Below the pieces are notes generated by a model. It worked only from the letters and a program-made list of their open reading frames with translations, made no database searches and was not told the origin of the DNA. Both the position numbers and the translations under genes were made by a program. Below are positions 23,920 to 34,391 of a DNA stretch of 64,000 nucleotides, one piece after another. This DNA comes from Azolla caroliniana (taxonomy: Eukaryota > Plantae > Polypodiophyta), in NCBI GenBank assembly GCA_043228905.1, contig JBHGNT010000002.1, positions 6,386,001 through 6,450,000 on the forward strand, read 5' to 3'. Every line of letters begins with the position of its first letter. Positions within the stretch are counted from its first letter, which is position 1.

Positions 23920-26900
23920 ATGCTCGACGGGTTGGCCGATGAGGAGGTCGATGACTTCCTAGATGATCATCCCACGATCATCCCTCTCTTCGAAATCAAT
24001 GCCTTACCAACCATCGAGCCATCTAAAGACGAGGAAGTCACGGAGGAGTCACCACCCCAGGATGAACCAGATGCAACCACAGTTGCCGAGCTAAGTCATG
24101 CTCGGGAGGCTTTCGAACGCGAACTCGCCATTTCACAACGAGTGAAAGCATCAACCCTGGAAACAATAAACCTCGGTTCGGACGAGAATCCCCGTACGGT
24201 ACAAATTGCCAATAATCTACCAACCGGCGAACGGGCATGCCTCGTAAAATTACTCACCGACTACCAGGATGTTTTCACTTGGTCTTACACCGATATGAAG
24301 GGGCTGGATCCTCAATACTACCAACATCAAATTCACATCTTACCCGACACTCGGCCGGTTCAGCAGAGGCGCTACAGGATGAACCCCAACTACGCCGCTA
24401 AAGTCAAAGAGGAAATTGACAAACTACTCCGAGTGGGCTTCATTCACCCTGTTAAACGGGCTACATGGTTGAGCCCGATCGTAGTGGTCCCAAAGAAGAA
24501 CGGAAAAATCCGCGTGTGCGTCGACTATCGGAAGCTTAACGCGGCAACAGTCACTGACGATTTCCCTCTCCCATTCACGGATAGCGTCCTCGACACGGTA
24601 GCCGGCCACGAATGCTACAGTTTCCTCGACGGGTTCAGCGGCTATAACCAGATAAGAATGCACCCGGAGGATCAGGAGAAAACCGCTTTCGTCACGGAAT
24701 TGGGTGTTTTTGTAGCAGAAGTTATGATGTTCGATTTAAAAATGGCGCCGGCTACGTTCCAGCGCATCATCACCGAAATCTTTCATGACTACATCCCGGC
24801 GTTCATGCAAGTCTTTCTCGACGATTTCGCCGTGTATGGCCATCGACGGGAACACATGACCCAGTTACGACTCTGCCTGGACCGATGTCGCCAAACTCGA
24901 TTGAGTTTAAACCCGGCGAAATGCGCGTTCTTAGTCACCAGCGGCAACCTTCTCGGCCACATTGTCAGTCAAGAAGGCATCGCTATGGACCCGGATAAAG
25001 TAAAGGCAATCCTGAATGCCACCGCACCCTCGAACGCTAAGGCACTAAGCCGTTTTTTGGGACAGATCCGGTGGCACAACCAAATGATACGACACCTGGC
25101 CGATTTCGTGACACCCTTACACGCGGCAGTCCATCGCCTTCCTTTCCGATGGACGTCAGTCGAGGACACGGCCTATCAGACCCTGAAACAAATGTTGTCA
25201 CATGCCCCGGTGGTCCAGTCTCCGGTTTGGTCCGAACCGTTTCATGTCTTCGTAGATGCTTCGGACATCGCCATTGGAAGTGCCCTGATGCAATGCACAC
25301 CCCCGAATTGGTATAGGCCCATGTACTACGCCAGCCGATGGCTCTCGACCGCAGAAAAGAATTACTCCATCACCAAGCGGGAGGCCCTCGGTATGATTTA
25401 TAGCATCAATAAATTTCGGCATTACCTCTTGGGCCAAAACTTTACCTTTCACGTGGATCACTCGGCCCTTCTTTATTTGGTCAATAAACAAGCCCTCACC
25501 GGACGGTTGGCTTGGTGGATGCTCCTACTACAAGAGTTTGATTTTCAGATTCAACATCGACCCGGGGTACAACATGCCGTCGCCGACTACTTCAGCCGTC
25601 TTGAGTCAGGAGAACCGGCGAAAACAACGTACGACGAGCTACCAGACGCCAGCCTATTTAACCTGACCACGGTACCAGACGATAACGGAGATGAATTGAT
25701 CACGGAGATGACCCATTTTCTCACTACCGGTGTACCTCCCGAGCACATGACCCTTGACACGAGAAAACGCCTAGCAGTGCGTAGCCGGAATTTTTGCCTC
25801 CTCTCGTACATTCTCTACCACAAAGGCTCGGACGGCATATGGCGCCGAGCGATTCGGCAATTCGAGAAGAACGCCGTTCTTCAGGAAGCCCACCAGGGAG
25901 TAGTTGGGGGGCACTACGCCGGGGATTCCACGGCAAGGAAAGTTTGGCAAAGTGGATTATGGTGGCCGACAACGAAGAAAGACGCTCACGAGTTTTGCCG
26001 GCAGTGCGATTTGTGCCAACGTCTAGGGCAACCAATGGAACAGTCACGGATGCCACACCAGCCGATTCTTCCGTTGGACCCATTTCAAAAATGGGGTTTG
26101 GATTTTGTAGGCCCTTTCAAACCAACCGCGGCCCGAACAAGGAATAGGTATATTATCGTTGCCACGGATTACTGCACCAAATGGGTCGAGGCTAAGGCAC
26201 TCCGAGATAACACAGCGGCATCCACAGCTAAATTTGTGTACGAGCACCTCTGGTGCCGTTACAGATGTCCAATCGAGCTCGTTAGTGACCAAGGTGGGCA
26301 CTTCATCAATCATATAATACGTGAGCTTACACACCACTATGCGGTGGTGCACAAGAAAAGCACACCATACTACCCGCAGGCGAACGGCTTGGCAGAATCG
26401 ACCAATAAAATCCTCCAAACCATACTGAAGAAGATCGTCAATGAAAACAGGACCGATTGGGATGACAAACTCCAGAGCGCGTTGTGGGCGTATCGTACGA
26501 CTTTCAAAACAAGCATCCAATCGACCCCCTTTCGAATGGCGTTCGGTTTAGAAGCCGTAATGCCCGTCGAGTTCCAAGTCCCGAGCCTCCGAGTTCAAGT
26601 CAAAGCACAGCTCCCCGAGGCCGAATCCAAGCAATACCGACAGGAACAACTCCTCGAACTCGGGGAAGATAGGATAGAGAGTATGGCCCAGCTCGAACAA
26701 CGCCAACGGCAATGCAAGGCTTTCGTGGATCGACATCGACATGGGCTGGAGAAGGAGCTCACCATCGGCAAACCCGTTCTTCTTTTCCAAACACGACTCA
26801 GGTCAATGCCGGGAAAATTAAGATTTCAGTGGACCGGTCCATTCTGGATTATCGACGAGTTCAACGGGACGTTCCAGCTCGTCACACTCGCCGGCGACAC

Positions 26901-27036
26901 GGTCAAAAGCTGGGCCAATGGTTTTCGACTTCGACCATATCGAGGGACTACACCACCCAACCCGTTTACCAAGCCACACGGCACAAACAAGACTCGGGAG
27001 ACCACCACGAAGGATGCCACATGTCCCCCTGAATAA
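23920..27036 (+). CDS. Gypsy F pol: RT-RNase H-integrase (open 1038-aa segment)
   Basis: WLSPIVVVPKK, LDGFSGYNQI, FLDD, VDASDIAIG, HHCC, WGLDFVGP, SDQG, YYPQANG and WTGPF motifs. Confidence 0.93.
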   Translation: MLDGLADEEVDDFLDDHPTIIPLFEINALPTIEPSKDEEVTEESPPQDEPDATTVAELSHAREAFERELAISQRVKASTLETINLGSDENPRTVQIANNLPTGERACLVKLLTDYQDVFTWSYTDMKGLDPQYYQHQIHILPDTRPVQQRRYRMNPNYAAKVKEEIDKLLRVGFIHPVKRATWLSPIVVVPKKNGKIRVCVDYRKLNAATVTDDFPLPFTDSVLDTVAGHECYSFLDGFSGYNQIRMHPEDQEKTAFVTELGVFVAEVMMFDLKMAPATFQRIITEIFHDYIPAFMQVFLDDFAVYGHRREHMTQLRLCLDRCRQTRLSLNPAKCAFLVTSGNLLGHIVSQEGIAMDPDKVKAILNATAPSNAKALSRFLGQIRWHNQMIRHLADFVTPLHAAVHRLPFRWTSVEDTAYQTLKQMLSHAPVVQSPVWSEPFHVFVDASDIAIGSALMQCTPPNWYRPMYYASRWLSTAEKNYSITKREALGMIYSINKFRHYLLGQNFTFHVDHSALLYLVNKQALTGRLAWWMLLLQEFDFQIQHRPGVQHAVADYFSRLESGEPAKTTYDELPDASLFNLTTVPDDNGDELITEMTHFLTTGVPPEHMTLDTRKRLAVRSRNFCLLSYILYHKGSDGIWRRAIRQFEKNAVLQEAHQGVVGGHYAGDSTARKVWQSGLWWPTTKKDAHEFCRQCDLCQRLGQPMEQSRMPHQPILPLDPFQKWGLDFVGPFKPTAARTRNRYIIVATDYCTKWVEAKALRDNTAASTAKFVYEHLWCRYRCPIELVSDQGGHFINHIIRELTHHYAVVHKKSTPYYPQANGLAESTNKILQTILKKIVNENRTDWDDKLQSALWAYRTTFKTSIQSTPFRMAFGLEAVMPVEFQVPSLRVQVKAQLPEAESKQYRQEQLLELGEDRIESMAQLEQRQRQCKAFVDRHRHGLEKELTIGKPVLLFQTRLRSMPGKLRFQWTGPFWIIDEFNGTFQLVTLAGDTVKSWANGFRLRPYRGTTPPNPFTKPHGTNKTRETTTKDATCPPE

Positions 27037-27549
27037 GGACTCACCCACCTTCTTGAAATTAATAAAAGTAGTAGTAGGTAGGATTAACCATAGTTTAGCC
27101 ACTGATTAGCTACACCTACACCACCCACCTAGGCACCCACAATTTTAGGAGCACCCCTCGCCACCACTCAGTTAGTACCTATTTAAGCACATGTAAAGCA
27201 CTAGAAGCACCCCACTCACCTTCAGGACACGTGGTGCTAGTCACTTATTATGGCACCCACGACTCAGAATCTTCAGGATTCGCTTTAGGCACAAAACCCT
27301 AGGAGTAAGTTACTAAAACCGTTTCCAAAACGCAGCACAGACCATTATCGCTCCCCATCTCCATCGCTCTCAAGCTCAGAAACCTCGTCTCACCCTCATC
27401 ATGCTAAGCGCTCTTGCTCTCAAGCCCTCTTTCGCTTTCATAACCCCTCTGCTGGACTTTCCCTTCCTGTTGTTCCTCCTGTGGCTCGCCCTCGCCTCAT
27501 CACTTTGCTTCACGCTTCCACACAGTTGAACCCCGTCTCCATCTCCACC

Positions 27550-29970
27550 ATGCCTCTTACCGCCTCAACAGAAACTCGCGCCTGGCTCCAGGAACGAGGA
27601 ATGGGCGGTTACCTGAAGATCATCGATGCCCCCGCGCACCCAGATGCCCAAACTGTGGCTAAACGTATAAGTCCCGAAGTCATCACCAACAACGTGCTTC
27701 GGGCTGTTTTGGACCTGCAATGGGGAGGGGACCATGAGGTCGACATACCCACGGCATCAAAGATGAAGGCGTACTTCGGTGAGTACTCAGCCTCAGGGAA
27801 GGCATATCGCACATATGGCGGTCCCAACAAAGCTTTCGGGGAGATTGCTCATATATTAATGGAGTATGTGTTCGTGCATACGAACCCAATGAGCATGCCG
27901 CAGAACAAGGCAACCATCATCATCAGCGCGTATGAAGGAAATAGAATCGATTAGGGAATCATCACAGGCGAGGGACTTCGCGCCGCCTTAGCTTCATTTC
28001 AATCCGGTAAGAAGATGTTGTCTGTTCTTACCCACTTTTTGATGGTTCTATACCCACCCTCTTCGCTTCCTTCCCCGCGCACACTCACGTCCCCACCATC
28101 ACCACGAAGGCAGAGAGAGAAATTCGTGGCCATCAGCCACGAAGCATGGGAGGAGCCCACATCGCCATCACCCCCTGCCGCCGACCAAAAAACCGCATCT
28201 GCACCACCACCCGCCCAACCCCAACAAAAAAGGGTAGTTTCCGAGACCTGCCAAGAATGGGAGGAGGAGGTAGCCGCGGAAGACAACACGGCCGATGACG
28301 TCACCATTCGACAACCAACGTCGCGCCCCTCGGTAACGTCCCCGGGACCTAGCCCACGCCCCAACACACAGCAGGCTACACCACCACGACCCCAGAAAAG
28401 GAAGCAGGCGGAGGAAACGACACTACCGGCCCTGAAACCCCAAACACAGCCAAGCAAGAGAAGACGACTCAACCGCGAGTCCTCGGTAGAACAGAAAGAG
28501 CCACAACAGGAGCAAGCCTTAGTGGTCAAACAGAGCAACCTGGCCATCACCCCTGAGGAGGCATCGCTGAACCAGGGAATGATCGAGCATGGGCAGACAA
28601 CACAGATCTCGGAGGATGAAGTCCTCGGACATAAGGACCTCCCCGCGGAGGCTTACGAATTTAGTGCGCTCCTACGCCTCGGTACGTCATTCGAGCTGGT
28701 CGACTTCCTCGCCAGAGCCCAAGTCGCGGCAGCCGCTCGAATGGCGGAGGAGCACGCCGAAACAAAAATGACTCAACGCGCGCTAATAGGTGAAATTGAG
28801 CCCCAGGAGGACAAGGCTTTACAAAAAATCGGGAGGAAGAAGCAGGCCAAACAGGCCACTCTCCTCATGGAGGTCCCCGAGTTGAACACAACCCTTATCA
28901 AGGCATATCGGGACTTGGATCGCACTACGCGGGCAACCAAAGACATGGCCCGAAAGATAAAAATAGCCCAAAAACAGGCTAAGATGGCTACAGAACTATG
29001 GCACGCTGCGAACCAGAAGCTGGCAACCTGGGAGCAAAACCGGCCGAAACAACAACTCTTGAGCCTTCCTGTAACGACCACCGAGGCCCTCCCAGCGCCT
29101 CCACGCATAACAATGATGGATGAAAGCACCATCACCGACTCAATCCTGAAGGTGCAGACCAGTACACAAACGGACTCGTTACAAATGGTCGATGCCTGCA
29201 CAACAACCGAGGCGCCCACGCCCATGGAGAAGACCGAGATACCACCACCTCGTGCACCCAAGGAGGTGGCAACCCAGACAGAACCCCCGCTCCGGGATTA
29301 CCGTGCGGAGCTTAAAGAAGAACAACGGCGAATCGAGAGACACGAACAACGGCATCAAGAGGTGATTGCTCATCTAAAAGAAGAAGCTTCCAAGCAGATG
29401 GCCGAGATAAGAGCCTAGGCCGACCAAAGGATACACGAGCAGAACGAAGCACTGGGCCGGGTACAAGCGCAAGCCGTGGGCAATGAAGCCAAACTCAAAA
29501 GCAAGTTGGAGGAATACGCAGCCACAGTGGTGAAGAAAGAGAAGGAGGTTCTAGACCTACAGGCCGCGCTCGACAATGCAAAAGACTAGAACCAGCGGCA
29601 GGAGGAAAGAAATCGCCAACAGGAGGAGAGGATGAACGCGGAGAATGCCGAGCTGCAGAGTTAGCGTACGACCCTTAAAGAGATGGCTGACGAGTTTTTC
29701 ATCAAATGCAAGCTACTTTCGGAGCAAAAAGACGCATTATCAGATTCTTACTTCGCCCTACAAGAAGAGAGAATCGTCGAACGGGAACAAATCCGGGCCA
29801 CGTGTCAAAAAGAACGGGAGCAGGCCACCGAAGAACTCACCAAGCGTTACGAGCAGGCTCTCCAGCTCGTAACCGCGGATGCAAAGAACACTCAGGCCAT
29901 CTATGAGCTAAGAACACAGAAGATTCAAGCCGAGGTCGACGGCTTAAAACAGGAATTAGCAGCCATCCGA
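27550..29970 (+). pseudogene. Extra 3' ORF of Gypsy F (~800 codons: globular N-terminus, Pro/Gln/Thr linker, coiled-coil C-terminus)
   Basis: ORFs 27481, 28015 and 29683 share one frame, broken only by TAG at 27952, 29416, 29587 and 29662. Confidence 0.8.
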
Positions 29971-31133
29971 GCACCCCTTATTACCCGCAGGCCAATGGAT
30001 TGGTTTAATCCACCAATAAAATTCTGCAGAACATTCTCCGGAAGATTGTCAATGAGAACCGAACCGATTGGGATACAAAGTTGCATAGCACGTTATGGGC
30101 TTACCGAACGGCATACAAAACAAGTATCCGGACAACACCATTCCGATTAGCATTTGGTCTTGAAGCGGTGATGCCAATTGAATTCCATATTCCAAGCTTA
30201 TGGATACAGGTCCAGGAGCGGCTGAGCGAGAAGGAGTCGGAAAAAATCCGGTTAGCAGCACTATGTGAGCTGGAGGAACACCGAATAGCGAGCCTAATGC
30301 AGATGGAACTCGCGCAACGACGAAGGAAAGCATTCGTCGACTGCCACCGGAAGGGTAACGAGAAGATGTTTGGAATCGGCAAGCCGGTACTAGTGTTCTA
30401 GACCCGGATGGGCAAGATGTTGGGGAAGTTACGGTTCCGGTGGACTGGACCATATTGGATAACACGAGAGTTCAATGGCTCATATCAGTTGGGAACGCTA
30501 GCCAACGAGGTGCTGGACAAGTGGGTAAATGGGTTCCGACTTAAACCATATTATGGACCCATGCCACAGAACCCATTTCATCAACCAGATAACAATGCGG
30601 AAATAGGCAGCGGCAAACGGTTGGTCGGCAACCATGAAGACAAGCGAGCCGGGGTTACCGGGTAACCGGAACTAAATAATAATAATAATAATAATAATAA
30701 TAAGAGAGAGAGAAAAAAAAGATCATCATGCAGAGGCGAGGAACGAACGGACAACTCGAAAAGGTATGTAGTGGCTATTTAAAGCCTAGTTAAAGCGCAC
30801 CACGTGTCACATAGTTGCTATTATAGTACACGACGTGCATGCGCGGGAATCGAGAAAGGCGCCAAGCATGGGAACACGAAACCTCCGCCTCACAGAGTCT
30901 CTTTCATTTCGCGAACATAGAGCATTGAGCGCACAAAGGACAATACAAGTGAGTAGACGGACGCAATAAGCACAGACAAGCACATCGGCCCTACCTATCC
31001 CCCGCAGAACCAGACGACAAGATGGAACCTATGGCACTTTCCGAAACGGCCAAGAAGTGGTTCAACCAACATGGGTTGGGAGGCTTCCTAAGGATAGCAG
31101 AGGCACCGCTGCCCGACGAAGCAGAAGAAGTCT
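29970..31133 (+). mobile_element. Fragment of a second related Gypsy: integrase C-terminus, spacer and start of its extra ORF
   Basis: TPYYPQANG..LWAYRT..WTGPY at 29975-30665 and MEPMALSETAKKWFNQHGLGGFLRIAEAP from 31022. Confidence 0.82.
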
Positions 31134-31719
31134 AACCTCAAGGTTAGGTGTGGGTTAATTCATAGGAATGATGGGTGAGGATTGAGTTATCTACCTTGGG
31201 CAATTTAGAATTTAGAATTTTTTTTATCGTCCATAAAGAGACCAAATTTGACTTATGGGACCAGAGCATACATGTGTTCTTGATATGTCTCTTTCCTAAA
31301 AAGGGGGTATTCATACATTGAAGCACAAAGTCTCTATGCGTGAATAAGGCATGCACATATGAGCTCAACCTTCTAGGTGGTGTCTTAAATATGGCACTTA
31401 AGTTATCACTCTCTCTTAGTATGTCGTCATATCTTGAACAAATTTCATTATATGTCGAGCATGCGATATCTAACTTGTGAGTGCGAAGTAGTGTGAGGGC
31501 TCTACAAGCGTTACTACTCGTATTGGTAATGAGATAAGGTTGGATACAATCAATAGGCATTTTTGCTTTATATTAAAACCAACATTCAAGGAGATAACTT
31601 TACGGTGTTTTATCACTTAGCCACTTATAAAAAAAAGCAACCAAGTGTGAAACATACCAAAGTCTAGGGTTTGAACCTATATAAGAAGGCTAGTTGCCTT
31701 CATGAGGGGGGTCATCTTT

Positions 31720-32000
31720 AGTATATTGGATAGACACTCTCATTGTGTGGCAAAGTTCTAGCTTCATATTGGATGGACACTCTCATTGTGTGCCTCCTCC
31801 TTCTTCAAACCCAAAATACGATCCATGTCCATAATTGGTGGTGTTGGACATTGACGAGGGACTCAAATATTTCCTTCACCTTCATTAGGCGATGGTCGGG
31901 CACACTAACATCCTTTCTTCCTCATTTTTCTCCTTAATTCTGCTTAACATTACTTAAGATTCTTATAACCTCCCACGCATCTTTGTTTTGAACATATTGG
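31720..32000 (-). pseudogene. Highly decayed Copia gag remnant
   Basis: Weak similarity (KDAWE, SV.D...KVKEI) to the gag at 57739-58374. Confidence 0.35.
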
Positions 32001-33195
32001 CAACCTCTTGTTATTTCAATAATCATAGGCTAGATATAATGGTGTGTGAACCTTGCATGATAGAGACACTGAACATTTTTATTATCACTTGGACTTTTAA
32101 CTTCATCAAAATGATATTTTATGACTCTTTATTGGAGAGTCAAACAAAGGGAATATACCACAATCATAATACATTTTCTACCAATACTTAATATGATGAA
32201 GTTGTCATACATAAGTATATGATAAATATCGAGTATTTCTTTTTTGGTAGATAAGCAATATTCATCAATTCGTCCATTCCCTCAACATCACAGGCACAAA
32301 CTTTATCACAATGATTACAACTCCTCTTGAGCATATGACATTTTGTCCTTGCAAAAGTAAATCAAGAAGTAAAAAGTGTTGACTTGGGTATCTTAACCCT
32401 TGCAATAGTTACGAGGTGACACGATGCACTAACTAACTAGAGCATGGACTATAAGAGAACTTAGGAATACATTAACAAAAGAAATGTAAATAAGGTTCAC
32501 AATTTGAATCGCTTGTAAGAAGCTCAACATAAGGAAGCTCTTTAGTGAGTAAACGATCCAAGTGATTTTCGAGAAACACAAAACACACGACGTATAAACT
32601 CGACCTACAATCTAAATAGTTTTAAAACACACATGGTAAATGGAAGGTAAATAAATATGTTTTAGAACTCGGATAGTGCAACTCAAATTGGTTAGGTAAC
32701 CTCGTAACCTACAACTTGAATAGGTTTTCGAATGCCAATATCGAAGCAAGGCAATTTTGAGTTATAATGAACTACAAGACGTGTTGTTGTTCCCAATATG
32801 TATCTTAACACTACATATACAATGTAGTTCCCTCCTCTTTTGTAAATGGGGTTTATAAGCTTCCATGCAATATGTATGGTATGAGATATTCATATAATAA
32901 GATAATCCTCAAACCCACATAGGTCTATAATCCAAGTAGTTTGTTGCAAGCAAAATGAAGGTACATGGTAAAGAAATCTAAGTCAATAATGCAAAAAGAG
33001 ATTAGTTTTGGGTATAGAATGTTAGGAACATGGTAATGAGACAATGAGCTCCACAGCTTTGGATATGTGTAGTTTATTGGAGCATAATGAAAGGAATGCT
33101 AAAGTAAGGCCTATGATTTTGGATTATATGTGTATATGTATGTTGATTGTAATAAATGATTATTGCGAGGAGGGGGGGGAGGGGGGCAGGAGGAT

Positions 33196-33201
33196 CACGT
33201 G
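33196..33201. promoter_or_regulatory. G-box CACGTG upstream of the bHLH gene
   Basis: CACGTG overlapping TGACG about 420 bp upstream of the ATG. Motif match only. Confidence 0.3.
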
Positions 33202-33289
33202 ACGACCGACGGATGGACCTCGTGACACCCTCTCAAACCTCATTTTGAATTGAATGAATATATCATCAAAGTAATTAGATAAATAAATA

Positions 33290-33610
33290 AATAAATAACA
33301 GAAAAAGGGGGAGAAGAAGAAAAGGAAGGAAAGAAGGAAGGAAGGAAGGAAGGAAGGATGTATGTATGTATGTATGTATGTATGTAAGATGGAAGGCGTC
33401 GTTTTCACACACACGCACGCACGTACGTACTCACGCTCACACGAGAAGAAGGAAGGAAGGAAGGAAGAAGAAGGAAGAAGAGGAGGAGGAGGAGGAAGAA
33501 GAAGAGGAGGATAGATAGATAGATATAGATACATAGATTGATAGATTAAAAAGATCGATCGACGCCGCCACCTCCTCCTGCTCCGCCGCCGCCGCCGCCG
33601 CCGCCGCCAA
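33290..33610 (+). repeat. Microsatellite-rich promoter/5' UTR (GGAA, TATG, GAG, GATA, GCC repeats)
   Basis: Directly visible simple repeats. Confidence 0.8.
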
Positions 33611-33617
33611 TTCCGCC

Positions 33618-34391
33618 ATGGGGAAGCTTCGCGATTGGTGGCCCTCTGAGGACCTCCCGCTTCCTCCCCCCAAGAAGCCCGGCGGCGCCGCCCCTGCCCT
33701 CCGCCTCTCGGAGGTCACCGCCGCGCTCAACAATGACTCCCCCGCCAATCCTCCTCCTCCTCCTGCTGCTGCTCCTGCTTCTGCTTCTGCCTCCATCTCC
33801 ATCTCCATCGCCTCCGCCCCCCTCTCCCGCCCCGTCATCAAGCTCTGCAACTCGCAGCAGCACAAGCAGGAGCTGATGCGGAAGCTCCTGGGCCGATCCG
33901 CCTCCACGCCCGACCTCCCTTCCTACTCCTACTCCTCCGCCTCCGCCTCCGCCTCCGCCGCTACTCCGCCGCCAATCCGCGCCGCCCCTACGCCCGCCAA
34001 ATCCTCCACCTCCTCCAAGCCTTGCCTCAGCGACGACTCCTCCTCAGGACACCACCACCACCATCATAATCATCATCAACAACAACAACAACAGCCGCAG
34101 CAGAAGCAAAAGCAGCAGCAGCAGCAGCAGCAGAAACAACAGCCACAGCAGGGAAAGCGTGCAAGGCGTGGCGGCCCCCGCGATCCCGACCCTCCCGCCG
34201 CCCCAGCCGCTATGGAGGAGGAGGAGGAAGAAGAGGCGGCGGCGGCGGCGGCGCCCGCCATGGGAATGGGGAAGAAGGAGACGGCCATGAGCAGGCGGGA
34301 GATCCACATCTACTCAGAGCGGCAGAGGAGGAAGGGCATGACCCACCTCTACTCCCTCCTCCACTCCCTCCTTCCACACGCCAACCCTAAG
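33618..34391 (+). CDS. bHLH gene exon 1 (low-complexity N-terminus, basic region, helix 1)
   Basis: gccATGG start and donor AAG|gtaaaa. Confidence 0.9.

Larger units (their letters stand above)
21145..29970 (+). mobile_element. Ty3/Gypsy non-chromovirus element 'F' with an extra 3' ORF; 3' end lost
   Basis: 5' LTR 21145-~21601, PBS-like TGGCAC at 21605, then gag, PR, RT, RH, INT and an extra ORF. No 3' LTR seen. Confidence 0.9.

Noticed and set aside
31144-31560. 138-aa minus-strand ORF as a gene
   Set aside because: No recognisable domain or splice context; likely decayed repeat.
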